Shown: one piece after another, positions 47,391-61,950 of the stretch | How positions within the stretch are numbered: position 1 is the first letter of the stretch | How the letters are laid out: each line of letters starts with the position of its first letter | Assembly (NCBI GenBank): GCA_963693365.1 | Contig: CAVNZM010000016.1 | Location: 3,747,957 to 3,811,956 of the forward strand | DNA: 64,000 nt | Direction: 5' to 3' | DNA from: Amoebidium appalachense | Taxonomy: Eukaryota; Protista; Ichthyosporea | Program-made: the position numbers and the translations under genes | The notes under the pieces: model-generated | Told to the model about the DNA's origin: nothing | Seen by the model: only the letters and a program-made list of their open reading frames with translations | The model's database searches: none

Positions 47391-47513
47391 CATGTGTGTT
47401 TGTGTGTGTTGTGTGAGAGTGCGTATGTGTGAGGCGTGTGTGGGTGTGGGTGTGGGTGTGCATGCGAGTGTGTGTGTGTGTGTGTGTTTTGTGTGTGTGT
47501 GCGTGCGTGGGTG

Positions 47514-47549
<36 letters not shown>

Positions 47550-47800
47550 CACTCTGTGTGTGTGTGTGTGTGTGTGTGTGACACTCTGTGTGTGTGTGTG
47601 ACTCGCTGACACCATTGAAGGTGTCAGAGAGTCCATGTTATGTGTGTGTTTTGCGAGTGTATGAAGTACATACGATACTGTAAGTTGCATTCTGCGTGTC
47701 TATGAATAATGTGCGTGCCAGGGTGACCGTGAGCACCGCATGGGTGAAACGTGTGTGTGTGTGTGCGTATGTGTGTGTGTATGTGTGTACGTGTGTGTGC

Positions 47801-47881
<81 letters not shown>

Positions 47882-47994
47882 ATGGGTGTACGTGGGCGTG
47901 GGCGCACACGTGCGCGCACACGTAAGCGTGCGCCTGTCTGTGTGTCACAAGTGTGTGTGATCTAGGCTCTCTGCGCGCGTACATGTATATTTTT

Positions 47995-48333
47995 ACCTTG
48001 TTGAAGTGTTATTGTACAGCTCCGGTGTGTGCGTCTCGGTAATGTGACTTTCCTGATTATTGAGGTGCGTGCCTGGGGTGGGGAGGAAGGGGAGGGAGGA
48101 GTGGGGGGAGGGGGGGGGGGGGGGGGGGGGGGGAGGTCTGCAGGAGGGCTGGGGTGAAGGGGTGAAAAGCACCATGTATAATATTTTTCATTTGATCTGA
48201 ATCATGTCTTACAGTATACTCATCGATGATGGGCCAAAGTAATTCGGCCTTTCTTTGTTTTTCCTTTTCAAGGCTTTTTTTTGTTCGTTCGTTCGTTCTT
48301 TCTTTCCTTCTTTCTTGGGGAAGGGGGAGGGAG

Positions 48334-48379
<46 letters not shown>

Positions 48380-49509
48380 CGATTTTTTTTTTACCTTTAT
48401 GGGAGGCCACTTTGCCAATGGAAAAACCCAACATGTGGCCGCCGTGGTGCCTGGTTTTTTTAAAGCGCACCGCAGCAGGCATGTTATTATAAGTGGGAAC
48501 TCTACAAAATTTAATCGGACGGCAACTGTAGCGGCCAGGTTTGGTTAAACCTCCATAGGCCAACATACGTATGTATATGCATGCATATTGCATGCATGTG
48601 GGACCATGCCATAAGTTGAGTGATCACGGCCAGTATGCATATATGCGATGCTGAGATGATTATACCTATTAGTGGCATGTCTCTGTCAAGTAATGCACAA
48701 TAGTATCAACGTATCCGGTGTGCACCAATATAATCGTTTTTTGGGACTGGCCCAGTATGTAGCGATGTTATCACCCCTCAAGAGTGCTTTTTCTGGCTGT
48801 TATCTATATATTTACTAAATACTTATAACTTTTACTGCAAATTCCTGCAGGCAGCGCTGCAGCCAAGAAGGTTAGCCAGTAAGGGGACAAAAATAACCTT
48901 TTATGGTTAGCCACCTGCCAAAAATGGTGCGAAAATTAACACCTGCCATCATGCCACGTGCACCCACAATCATATTGCCCGCCGGCAAGTCCATAAAATC
49001 TCATGATTTGTTATTCACATCAATAACAACATGCCACCGGCCATGTATCATGACGTATGTCGGCGGAGTTCTTTCGAACATGCACCCTACCAACCGGATT
49101 TTGATATGTTCTGAACAGTGGTCCTCCATTATTCCTCTAATCCTGACATAGTCCCCCTCCCCCCTCCCCCCTTCCCCCCACCCTTCCCCCTTCCCCCCGG
49201 CTGCTGTTCAAAAGGCTTTCACTGAGGGACATGGGCCGTGATCCCCCCTTTCTTTTGGGGGGGGGGGGGAGGGAGGGGAGGGGGCCCCCGGGGGGGAGGG
49301 GGGGGGGGGGGGGGGGGGGGAGAAGTTGAAGCTGGAATATTCAACACGGTGGACGGCAAATTCGGAATTTCTGTGCACACACGTAGTTTTTTTCTGAGGG
49401 GTGCACCTTACTTCTCTGCTCACTCATATATTAATCTGTATCACCATGTGGCGGTGACTAGCAACCTTACGGTCTGTGCATCACTCGCACGTACACACGA
49501 GTTGGGGGG

Positions 49510-49577
<68 letters not shown>

Positions 49578-50466
49578 AAGAAATAGAAAGAAAGAAAGAG
49601 AGAGAGTGTGTGTGTGTGTGTGCGCGCGCGCGCAGGGAGGGAGCGAGAGAGAGCGGGAGACAGCGAGAAAGAGAAAGAGGGGGGGGGGGGGGGGGGGGGG
49701 GGGAGGGGGGGAGAGAGAGAGAGGGAGAATTTTCGACTCACTGTGTTACACCACTAACACATGAGAAGAAAGAATTCAGCTAAAAGAAAGGTGTCGTAGT
49801 GCTGAAGTTGATGAACCGGGGAGGCAGGGGGAGGGGGAGCGGACAGGGGAGCGCCGGGGGGGGGGGGGGGGGGGGAGGGGGAGGGGGGGAGGGGGATCAG
49901 CGTGGCCGTTTTTCCCCATTAGTTCGCCAGGTTGGGGGAGGAAGGGGGGAGGGGAGGGTGGGGGGGAGAGGGGGAGAGGGGGGGCAAGCACATGCACACC
50001 GTAAAAGACGTTTGTAACTCCAATAGTTAGACTCGGATTCCTGCATTCCTTTCCCTCTCCCCCCCCACCCATCAACTCACCCACCCACCCACCTCGTCCT
50101 CAGCCTTCTGCAGCAGTTTGCCCTGTTTTGGGATCAACTAAAGCCCAATTTAGAGCCCCCCCCCCCCCCCCCCCCCCCCCCCCCCACCACCACCACCAGC
50201 CCACCAACCTGCCCCCTCCCCCCTTTCCCCCCTTCCCCCCGTCATCTGCCATCTCAAATAGCCACGCACGTGTGCACACACCGACACGCCTCTGCGCGCG
50301 TGCACGTACGAGCGCGAATGGCGTCGCGATATGTCGTGGCACAGAGGTATGAAGATTAGAACAGAATGGTGTGTGCAGGTGCCTAACACCCTATGCCTAG
50401 CACCCTATGGCTCTATACAGTAAGTGACAGAGCTGAAACTCACTTTTTTTTTTTTTTTTTTTTTCC

Positions 50467-50501
<35 letters not shown>

Positions 50502-51730
50502 GGGGGGGGGAGAGAAGAGGGGGGTGTGCGATCGGGGGCCAGGGCCCCAAGCTTGCTCAAAGTTGACACCAGAAGAATTAAAAACAAACGAATGTGTCGA
50601 ATGCCAGGAGTTCGCACATGGAATCGAAAAAGCCTGCCTGCTATCCTGCTATATATTGAGAAAGGATGATAATTTTAGACTGACTGTGTGCATGTGTACA
50701 TATTCATTAATCCCAAAATATACGTACATACATACGGCATACATACATACATAAGTAGTATGATATATATGATATATATGATATAATGATATGTCACGGT
50801 GTGTGCACTCCTAGATCTATATCACTCTACATGATTTACTATACAATATATATGATATATGATATATATATATAATAGTATCATTATATGATACTTCATG
50901 ATATATATATATATATATCCGATGATGCTCAAAAGCACGGTTTAGATTTATTGTCAGTCAACGGTAGGTACATACGGGAGGAAAGATGCACGTGCAGGAA
51001 GGACGTCGAAATCGCCATGGAAAACTACGATTAGACTTCGAAATGAAGGTGAATTTGGTGGTGGTGCCCAAGGTTTGGGGGGGGGAGGGGGAGGGGGGGA
51101 GGGGGGGGGGGGGGGAGGGAGGGAGGAGCGAAGGGGCTTGTGCGCGTGTGTGAGTACTGGCGGGCCGGTGGGTGGGTGGGTGGTTGTGGTGGTAGGGAGT
51201 GGGGGGAGGGGGGAGGGGGGGGGGGGGGGGGGGGGGGGGAGGAGAAGGACTCGAGGGGGGGAGGGGGGGGGGGGGGGGGGGAGGGGGCTCGACGGAGCGG
51301 AGAGGCGGAGGGAAAGGCCAAGAAGTTATTAGCATAGCCAATTAGGTCTGGTATACCTAATGTTGTTATGTATCAAGCAGTGGGAAGCTGGGATATATGC
51401 AACTTGCAGGTTACCCCTAGAAGGTTTTAAGCTTCTGAAGGGCATTCCGGGGAATAGAGAAAGGCACGAGTCCGGGAGCCTCGGATAGATTGAGGGTCTC
51501 TAAGGGGGGGAGATGGGGATTGTATGATTCTCGGACTCATGGGGAATCGTGGTGAACGGCTCAGGTGAATATAAATATGCACGATGTGGTATGGGGCTAG
51601 TCACACCTTTTTTTGTTATGTATGATTCACACTTTATTTACTACATGGTAGTTATACCTCGAAGAGCAAGTGAGAATGAGCTACGAGCATGCACAGAGAC
51701 TATCTGTGCAACTCTAACCATGTATAGCGA
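47995..51730 (-). pseudogene. Possible degenerate multi-exon gene, product unidentified
   Basis: Islands of complex sequence bounded by AG/GT on the - strand between microsatellite tracts: 48065-47997, about 48500-48395, 49143-48911 (one in-frame TGA), about 50140-50092, about 51030-50975. No family recognised and no continuous frame assembled. Confidence 0.25.
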
Positions 51731-52009
51731 TTAGCCTATGGGATATTCGTATATTTTTAAAAAGAAATAGGGCTCCCTTAAAACAGGGCCATCCCTTTTT
51801 TTCCCCATTAACCCAAAACATGGCAACAAGGCTTAGCACTACAAGTGCCCGCCACTTGCTCGAAAGATTTTGTTTCTTTGCACCGTGACGAAAACTGAAA
51901 AAGTTTCAGCCCGCGGGAAGAGTAAAAATTCAATGATTGAAAACCCTAATTCAACTTGTTTAATAGCAAAAGACGACTACTTTCTAGCACACACTACCAG
52001 CATCTACAT

Positions 52010-52880
52010 TTACAAAATCATGCTAGCCAACACGCCAAAAGTAGCAATCAAAGCAGCTGTGAATGGGGTAGCAACCGCGGCACCGCTATCCCTCTCCGTG
52101 GGCCCCTCCGTCGTGGTGGTGGGGGCGGGGGTGGTGGGTGCGGGGGATGGAGGGTTGGTAGTAACAGGGGCCTCCGATGAGGTGGTGGTGACCTCCTCCG
52201 GCTTGCTGCTGCTTTCGATGGGGGCCTCAGACGTGGTTGTGGCGGTCGTGGTGGTCTCTTCGGTGGGAGCGGAAGACTTTTCGGTGGTGGGGGTGGTTGA
52301 AGACTCTGCGGGCGGGGTGCTGGGTTCTTCAGTTGCTGAGCTTGAGCTGGTGGAGGACTCAGTGGTCGTCGACGAGCTGGAATCAACTGGTGTAACCGCG
52401 TCGCTTGTTGTTGTTGTGGTGGCGATGGTCGTCGACGAGGTCGTCGACGAGCTGGAATCAACTGGTGTAACCGCGTCGCTTGTTGTTGTTGTGGTGGTGA
52501 TGGTCGTCGACGAGCTGGAATCAACTGGTGTAACCGCGTTGCTTGTTGTTGTGGTGGTGGTGATGGTGGAGTCGCTCGAGCCTGTGATGTTGCGTGTACA
52601 AACAGCAAGTATGAGTCATCATGGCTTGTTTGTGAGCCATCGATCGATGACACGTGGCGTATAATGTTAACATGTTTTATCAAACTTTAAGTCCAAGCAT
52701 GCATGCATGCGCGGTTGCTGGCGGGCTGCATGCACAACGGTAAGACATATCGTGCGTCCATGTACGCATGAGCATACGTGTGTGCACCAAAGAGGGTGGT
52801 TGCAACGGTATGCATATGCCATGTTAGTCTGCGTGCACATGTACCCAAAAAACACCCCCATATACCCCCTCCCTCCCCCC

Positions 52881-52911
<31 letters not shown>

Positions 52912-53153
52912 AAAAAAAAAAAAAAACCCATACGCCCAGTCCGCTTTTCCTGTATGGTCAACTATACAGCACAACTATCTTCTCCGACATGTACAGCTCC
53001 GACTCTAGCGGGTGCACCTACGCCTACTACTAAGTCCGTATTTGGCCATGCAAACATACCTGGCACCTGGGGCGCGTCAGTGTTCTGGGCGCTGGTGAGA
53101 GCAGCGAAGGCCAGAAGGGTGGCGCAGAAAATGGAAGCAATGCGGGGAGCCAT
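52010..53153 (-). CDS. Secreted, probably GPI-anchored Ser/Thr-rich (mucin-like) surface protein, about 244 aa. Exons 53153-53060, 52961-52934, 52828-52788, 52581-52010 (middle micro-exons tentative)
   Basis: Signal peptide MAPRIASIFCATLLAFAALTSA. Three TTTTTS(N/D)AVTPVDSSSSTT repeats. C-terminal RDSGAAVATPFTAALIATFGVLASMIL* (small omega residues, hydrophobic tail, no cytosolic tail). Confidence 0.85.
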
Positions 53154-53273
53154 TTTGATGTTTGGTTAGTGGGAGTGTGTATTCACCAAGTAGTGGCTGT
53201 TAGATAATATGAGAATGGCTCTCTCTGCGCGCTTGCCGGGATCGAATGAAGGTCAACTGGCCAGTGTGGTGAG

Positions 53274-53281
53274 TTTATATA
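53274..53281 (-). promoter_or_regulatory. TATA box upstream of the GPI-protein gene
   Basis: TATATAAA on the - strand about 120 nt upstream of ATG 53153. Confidence 0.55.
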
Positions 53282-54519
53282 CCAGCGGGGTGGCAACGGC
53301 GCCTCAAAAATGGGTGCGTAAATAACCAATAAAATTTGCGTTAAAAAAGATTCGCGATCACAAAAGGCTACAAACGCTGCAAAAAAAATTCCGAATCAAT
53401 TATAACGTTTTAGATTCGTCAATTATCACAAACATTAAACGCCGCTACCGGGGCGTGAAGCCGGCAAGGTTTATGATTCGCGGAGAACCATATGGTTCGC
53501 CCGTCCAAAGTTAGCTCGAAAAGCGTTAAGGCAACACGGGTATAAGTTACCGTGTTTTTTGGCTCCATTTTCGAGGCTAATAATCGTTATTGTGACGTAA
53601 GCATGCTGTAGCAAGTCTTGGTACCGGTGCTGTTGATGGTGCAGGAATCATTGAGATAAATTTCGTGACTTGCATGCACACGACGCGCCGCGCCACGCCG
53701 CGTGCAACCACAACGACGTATGGCCACGCACGTATATACGGTTGAAGCAGACCTAGAGCTCGAGGTCTCTCTCTGAGACTCTCTCCTGCAGCAGCTGCAA
53801 AGTTCTGGCCGTGTACACATGTTATAAGATGACCATCATGGGCTGGCGTGCGTGTGCACATGTCCAATATCATGATCATATGGGCTGGCGTGTACACGGT
53901 AACATGATCACGGCATCATATGCCATTGGGCTGCTGCCACTACATAGTCATTCACTCGTCGTGCACGAGATCATGGCCCTCAAAAACTGTATATACCAAA
54001 TGCCACTGCTAGGCCTCCCCCCGCCTCCCCCTCCCCTCCCACCTCCCTCTCCCCCTCTCCCCTGAGGCTCTCCCTCCTCCCCCCCCCCCCCCTCCCCCCC
54101 CCCCCCAAACCTCCTCCCCCCCCCCCCCCCCCCGGCCCCAATGATCGTACGCGCTTTGAGTCAGCTGAGGCTGGCAAGAAATTATAACACGTATGCCATA
54201 TATATGTGCGCCACCACGTGCACCCTGGCCTAAGGCCTGGCACACCGGTACCGGGCCCCATTCAGACCTCGGGGCCTGAATGGTGGACCACAGCAAAAAG
54301 ACCGTGTGCTGCACGACGTCGTACATACGTAGTACAACGTCAGCAATTTTTCTCTTCCTATTTCATTCGACTAAAATGCTTGTGCCAAGGGGGGCGTGTA
54401 CATGTCTATCGGTCAAGCAGTATACGTTTAATAGTTGGTATTACTGTATTATGCAGCTAGCAAGATATCGATACAAAAATAAATCGGGGACGTGATCACA
54501 ACGTCGTTACTTGTTGATG

Positions 54520-55078
54520 TCAGCAGATACTATTGTTATGGCATGATATCCGATGAATACATTTATTACGAGCTCAGCCATAATAGCAACCGCGCTCACA
54601 TAGTAAGCAAACCCCACCGATTCGAGCCTGTTCGAGCCAGGAATCCAGGTCCTTCCAAAACGGTAATTTATTAAAGCTTATAAGCCATGGCTCTCATTGC
54701 ATGCATGGCTGCCGTGAAACATGTGAGTCGTACTTATTGGTTCAAGCTTACACTGCAGCACCCTTTAAAGGAACTTTCGAGAAAATCCTCTATGTACGTG
54801 CACTATCAGCAGATATATCTGTTACAGCATGATATCCGATGAATACATTTATTACGAGCTCAGCCATATAGCAACCGTCCTCACATAGTACGCAAACCCC
54901 CACCGATTCGAGCCTGTTCGAGCCAGGAATATCCGATACAGGTCCTTCCAAAACGGTAAGGCGGCTCTCATTGCATGGCTGCCGTGAAACATATGCATGT
55001 GAGTCGTACTTATTGGTTCAAGCTTACACTGCAGCAGGGCCTAAAGGAACTTTCGAGAAAATCCCTCTATGTACGTGC
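54520..55078. repeat. Head-to-tail tandem duplication of an approximately 280-bp unit
   Basis: TCAGCAGATA...GCATGATATCCGATGAATACATTTATTACGAGCTCAGCCATA...GGAACTTTCGAGAAAATCC..TATGTACGTGC at 54520-54805 and 54806-55078, differing by small indels. Confidence 0.92.
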
Positions 55079-55949
55079 TCCCGGAGCTACAAAGCCCCGG
55101 GCAGCAGCAGCATGATTTGCAATCATTTCTAGGTGCTGTGATGCATCACAACTAATATACTGAGTACTTATACTTACTGTCACATAGTATTTCACGTACT
55201 CGAACGTTAACGGTACGTACCGTAGTACATACAGTATTGCAATTTTTTATTTTACTGAACAGTTTCCCCCACCTCGCGCACGCATCGATCTCGGTAAGCA
55301 CGTACGTACACTATAGTGCTACGGTACTGTAACACCTGTGTAGCATGTCAACTAGATCTGTATGGGTAGTACTACATACTTTGTAATGTGTAACAGGCAT
55401 AATGATTGACATAAAAGTAGGACAGTGTTAACATTATGGTTGCAACGTTCAGGCTGCCCTGCAGGGAAGATCTGCTCGCAAGTCTCATGACACAATAAAA
55501 TAAATATGTTGTGGCCTTATTAGATGACTCAGTATTAGCTAATATAGGTTGCACGCGCCAGGAAGTAAATTGCTGATATCATGGGGGGCCCCGGGGAGCC
55601 TTTGCAGGGGCGGGTGGGCGGGCAATTATCGATGGGGGGGAGGGGGGGGGAGGGGGGGAGGAGGGCGAGGGGGGCGAGGGGGGGGGGGGGGGGGGGGGAA
55701 AGGGGAGAAGGGGGGGGGGGGGGGGGGGAAGGGGGAGAGCTCGGGGGAGGTGGAAGGGGGGGAGGGGGGGGGGGGTTTCTTTTGATGTGTGTCAATGTCG
55801 TGATCACAGGCATGCAGCGTGTGACTCCGAGCTTGAACCTAATCAGCTGGTTCATTAAATTGATACCGAGGTTTGATAGCGCTAAGCACAGCATACATAG
55901 CATCTATCATTATTAGGGGGCTTCCCTATGTAGGACCTCCACTCCTTCC

Positions 55950-55987
<38 letters not shown>

Positions 55988-56393
55988 CTCCCTCACTCTC
56001 TCCCCTCCCCCTCCCGCTTCCCCCCTCCATCCACACGCCCACCCACCCACACACGCCGGCTGCCCCAGGCCTCCCCCCCCCCCCCCCCCCACCGTCGCCC
56101 CCCTTCCCCCCCCCCCCCCCCCCCCCCGAGTTCCCACTCCATGCGCCCCCCTGCCCAGGCCTCAGCCCCCTTCCCCCGGCCCTCCCTCTGCGCCTCCTAG
56201 CGGCCTATACAAGGCTCTCACGCCCCCACCCCTCTCCCCTCTCAGCGGGGGGTCCATTGAGAACATGACGGCGCATGTCCAAAAACTCTAAGGGCATAAC
56301 CGGCCGTGACCACAATTTCTTTCTTTCTTTTTCTTTTCTTCCTTTCTTTTTTTCTCTTTTTTTTGGAGGGGGGGGCGGGGGGAGGGGGGGGTT

Positions 56394-56424
<31 letters not shown>

Positions 56425-56916
56425 GTTGGTTGACGGCATCTGTAACCTCCCCTCTGTCCCCCCCCCCCCCCCCCCTCCTCCCCCCCCCCCCCCCCCCTCC
56501 TCCCCCCAAACCCTCAAACCCCAACCACCCACCCGCCCACTCAGACCCACCCAAAAAAAAAAAAAAATCCAATAATATTAACCGACCAGCCAATCGCAAC
56601 TATCGATAACTTAAAAATATAAACCAACCCCCCCCCCCCCCCCCCCCCCCCCCCACATGTAGTGAAATAAATACCGTTACAATAATGATTACAACGCGAT
56701 ATATATATAATGTTGACAGTATACACCTATTGCCACACACCGTATTGTCACCAGCTCCTCCCTTCTCCTCTCCACCCCCCTCCCCCCCCCCCCCCCCCCC
56801 CCCCCCCTCCCGGCCCCCCCCCCTCCCCCCCCCCCCCCTCCCCCTTCCCCTCCCGTGGCCCCGCCGGAGTCCCCCCAATCATGATATATGTACATGTACC
56901 CCGGATCCCTCCTTCC

Positions 56917-56960
<44 letters not shown>

Positions 56961-57466
56961 CCCCGCCGCTCCTCCCCGCCCTCCCCCCTGCACGGGGCCC
57001 CCTAAACTTCACCGCACCCAACCAGGTCGGCCCATGCACGTGACCCTCGAGTTCGGTTCCATCCGCCGGAACACCCGAGGTTCGGTGTGACCTACAGCTC
57101 AGCCAAGGTCACTGAAATTCATGCGTCCGCCAGGCGTGACGTCATCTCCCAACCCAGTGTCCCCTCTTCCCCAGTCATATCATACAGATGTATGTCAGTA
57201 TGTGTGTGGAGGTAGAGTTTTAGGTAGGAGACATTTTAGATTGGAGTTGAAGAAAACAGCGGCCAATACTCTCACAAACCCAAAAAGTTACGCACACGTA
57301 ATACAGTGGCAAACTAACAGGGGTAAAAGGTGTGTGTTCCATATGCGCCTGTCCCACGGTTAAGTTGAGTGAGCCATCTGACACGTGGGGGGAGTTGAAG
57401 AGAACATGGGGTTGAATTGGGGGGTATGGCACAGCACCTGACTGCACATTCTTTTCAAGCAGCAAA

Positions 57467-60436
57467 ATGGTTGTCACTCGTTCCTTGGCTCGGGCTCAGA
57501 GTAAGTGTTTGGTCCTCCCCTTTCCCCCTCCCCCCCTCCCCCCCCCCCCTCTCTCTCCCCCTCGTTCTCGCACCAAGCCCCTGCTTCCCCTTGCCCCCCC
57601 TCTTGCGACTATTTCCCCCTTTACTCAACCTTCCCTGCACTTCATACATCATCAGGGACCCACATGTCCACGTGCCACACACGTTTGCACACTTCTTCGT
57701 GCGCATGTGCGCGAGTGCAGACACCCACACCAAAAATCATCTCTGGTTGGGAATCCTGAACTTGCACTCTCTCTCCCCGTGCATATTCTTAGCAATATCT
57801 CTGCTATTCTTCGTTTAGTCTTCTTAGCATGCCCTAACAAAATAAAAAATTCACGTTGTAGAACTCATGAACGTTCACGAAAGATTTAACCACACACAGA
57901 CTAAGCAACTAACTTACTTTTCCCCCCTTTCTCTCTCTCTCTCCTCCTCCCCCTCCCCCTCCCCCCCCCCTCTTCCCCCCTCCCCTACCCCGTCCTCCCC
58001 CCTCCCCTCCCCACCCCCTTCCCTCCAACCCCCCCCCCCCCCCCCCCCTCCCTGCCGCCCCCCTCCCTCCCCTTTTTTCAGCCCGTAGGTTGCTTGCATT
58101 ACCAGCAGACCCCCAGCCCAACAGCCCCCTAGCCCAGCTACCCCAGGAAATTCTCCATCACATTTTCGGTTATTTGCCTTTGGAAGATCGGATTTCACTC
58201 AGCCATGTCTGTCGCATGTTCTGCGCCTACACCCGTTCTCCTGCCAGCGGTCTCTTTTCGTTAGACTGCTCCCGTGCGGAATACGGAGAGAAAAACCTAC
58301 CCTTGGAGAGTCTCATTCGTTTCACAGCCGCGTGGGGAAAGTCGGTCGAGTGCTTGCACATCAAAGTCACGTTTGTGCGCTCGCTCAAAGTCGAGGAATG
58401 CCATGCCATGTTTTCCAGGTTCACAAATTTGAAGTCATGCGTCATATATGAAGACAGCGCGGTGGTAACGCATCTACCGGATTCGTTTGGTCGGCTGTTT
58501 GGGTACGCGCACAACATCGATTTCATCCGCTTTGACAACGTGACGAATTCAGGTAGCGACTGGCGCATGTTGTTGTCTGACCCAGACGGAGCAGTCATGT
58601 GGACGCTCAATGTTCTCGCGGCGCTTCATGTTTGTCCCGAGGTCAAATATACGACGCTCGAACATGGGCTTTTCATCGCGTTGCCGTTCGACCACTACCC
58701 ATTCGATCCGCATCCCAACCTACGCACGCTCGTCATAGACAAGTTTGTGGTTCTACCGACCATACAACCACCACACATCTTCCTACAGAATCTAGTGTCG
58801 CTTACCATCACGGAGCTCTATGTCACGCAGGATTTGAAGGTCATTTCGCAATGTTCCCTGCTTGAGCATCTGGAGATTAAAAGGGTTGTTTGCCCGCCCG
58901 ATCTCCCCGCGATCTTTATAGACATTGACGCATCCCCGCTCGCAAATTGCAAGCGTCTCAAATATGTAGACTTGGGCCCGGCGCTGTTCATACACGGGTT
59001 CCCATCCCTCCCATCACTCGCGGATTTGTCGGTGGTTATTAAGGGAGCGCATCCGGAGGAGGTGGCGGCGTTAGGGGCGGGAGAAATGGACATTTCATCA
59101 TCATTGGCGGTTCTCGGGAAATGCGCACAACTGACATGGCTGTGTTTCGGCATTGGCGTGCCACGCGCATCTGCCCTAGGGAACAACCTCCTTCCTATAG
59201 ACGACGTGCGATTCCTGCAGAGATGTCCGTCGCTTTCCGTTCTTGAATTGGTCGGATGCATCCCGAAATCGCTAGACGGACTGGAGTTCTGCATAACCCT
59301 GCGCGCGCTGCACATTCTCATGGCGTACACGGAGCCCGATGCGCAGCCGTTCGGTCCGTCGCCGGATCTCATGCCCATTGCGAGCTGCACGCGGTTGGAG
59401 AACCTTCAGTTGGGGGGGTTCTGGGGGGTGAAGAGTTTGGGGTTTTTGTCGCAATGCGCGGAAATTACGCGGGTGGACCTGAAGGGGTTAAAGGATTTGG
59501 AGGATGTGGGGTTTGCGATGAATCTGCCGAATTTAAGGTAAGGTGCTAAGCAAAACTCGGGTTTTCTGTTTATATATTTCGTGTTGACACAGAATCCCCT
59601 TTCCCCCTTTTATTTTTATTTTTGTTTTGGTTGTGGTTGGGTGGGTAGTGGAGAAGTGGGGTGAGTAGATGGAAAGGGTTTGAGGGTTGGGGTAGCGGGT
59701 TGAAGAGAATGGGGGAGAGCACCGGGGGGGGGGGGAGGAAGGCGGGATGGGGGGGGGGGGAGGGGGGGAGGGGGGGGGGGGTGGCATTTTTGGCAGGTGG
59801 AAGAATGTGGGTGTTGTTTTTTTGGAGGGGGGGGGGGGGGGAGAAGGGTTGGTTGGAGGTGATAGGATTTAGAGTTTACAGGTGGTGGTGGCCCGAATAG
59901 CTTCCATGACCCAATGACCCGAATAGCTTCCATGACCCAATGACCCGAATAGCTCACGTACGAGGGCAGATGTTTGTGTTTCGTTTAATAGCTTGTGCAT
60001 GTGATACACATTTGCACACAGACAAACACACACACTCATACAGGCACATGCACGTGCACACACACACTCACGCATGCACTCACTCACCACACTCGTGCGC
60101 GTGCGGACACACACACATACATGTGGCAAGACGTGAAGGGGAGAGCGGGGGGTTTGGGGGGGGGGGGGGGGGGGGGGGGGAGGAGGAAGGAGAAGGGGGG
60201 GGGGGGGGGGGGGCGGAGGGGAAATGAAGTGGCGAATGGGAAAGAGGATAGGTGAAGGTGGGGGTTTTGGCGGGGGGAGGGAGGGATGTGTGGTGATATA
60301 AACAGGGGAGGTAGAAAGGCGGGGAACAGGGGTTGAATGCACCTTATTTTACTCTTTCTGTTTCCTTCGTAAAACCTCATTTCTCCCTCTTTCTCCCTAA
60401 CACCTTATTTCTCCCTCTCCATCTCTTTCTCCCCCT

Positions 60437-60470
<34 letters not shown>

Positions 60471-61406
60471 TTCTGCCGTGTCCAAAACCACCACACCACT
60501 TTGCTCTTTTCTCTGCCCTGATATATACACACACATACACATACGCAACATGCACATGCACACACACAAGCACATACACACACCACATATTTATATTGAA
60601 AGGGGCACGCATAGACAAGTCCTCCCCCCCCCCCCCCCTCCCCCCCCCCCCTCCCCCGCCCCAAATACCTCTCCCCAAATACCTCTCCCCAACCTTTCAC
60701 CCACATACACGGGCACGCACTCATTCGCTGACACACCCAAACCCACTCACCCACCGTTCTCTCTCCCCCCTCCCCTCCCCTCCCCCCCCCCCCCCCCCCC
60801 CCCCCCCCACAAACCCCCAACTCCCACCACCCCCTCCTTCCTCCTCCTCCCCCCCTCCCGCCCCCTTCCTTCCCCCTCCCCCCTCTCCCCTTCCCCCCCC
60901 CTTCGGACACACACCGACACACACCGACACACACACACACACACACATACACACACACACACACCGACACACACACGCACACACGTACACCCACACGTAA
61001 ACACATACACGCAGGCGTCTTTCTCTCGAGGACCTCACCGTCACCAGCATCTCGTGTCTGTCTGACTGTTGGCTCCTCTCCTCCCTTACGTTGGAAAACT
61101 GTGCGGATGTGAGGGATGTGTCGGCCCTCGCACACTGCCCATCTCTCGTGTTTGATGAGCTGTGTGTGGAGGGGTGTGGGGTGAGCGAGGTGCAGGTGGG
61201 GAGGTTGAGACGGAGACTGCACAGGTACGTGTGTGTGTGTGTGGATGGATGGTTGGGTGTGTGGGTGTGGGTGTATGTGGAGAGGGGGGGGGGGGGGGGA
61301 GGGAGAGAGGGCAGGGGGGAGTGTTAGAGGATGGGGTTTTGGATGGGTGGCTGTGGGTGTGGGTAGGTGGATGAGAGAGGGGGGAGAGGGGGTGGGGGGG
61401 GGTATG

Positions 61407-61469
<63 letters not shown>

Positions 61470-61919
61470 TGTGTGGTATGGTGTGTATGCTTGCCCGTGT
61501 TCATGTACATGTCAATTGGTTTGTGTGCGTGCATTTGCGAGAGTGGGCAGGGAGATGGGGGAAACCCCGGGGGGGGGGGGGGGGGGTATGTGTGTGTTCG
61601 TGCGCACGCGCTGCTTTGTGTGTTTATGTATGTGTGTGTGTGTGTGTGTGTATTTCTTTTCTTTTCTTTTTCTTTTTTCTTTTTTTTGGGGGGGGGGGGG
61701 GAGGGGGGGGGAGGGGGGGGGGGGGGGGGGGGATAAGAAGGACGTGTGTTGTGATTATTTGAGTGTAGGGGCTGTTGGTGAGTGGGTGGGGGGAGGATGG
61801 AAGGGGATAGGGAGGGAGGTTTTTAGAATGAGGATACCTTAGGGAAAACGGGTGGGGTTGGGGTGGATTTTTTCCCTTCTTCCTTTTTGTTTGTAGGGGT
61901 TTTTTGCGGGGGAGAGGGT

Positions 61920-61950
<31 letters not shown>

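Noticed and set aside
51870-52664. 264-aa Val-rich ORF on the + strand
   Set aside because: Antisense shadow of the Ser/Thr-rich GPI-protein exon.
54615-54645. GATTCGAGCC/GTTCGAGCC as a tRNA or SINE B-box
   Set aside because: No cloverleaf, A-box or tail could be identified.
59892-59954. 26-bp repeats here, and 34-bp repeats at 3552-3620, as a CRISPR-like array
   Set aside because: Contiguous tandem copies with no unique spacers, inside eukaryotic introns, with no cas genes.
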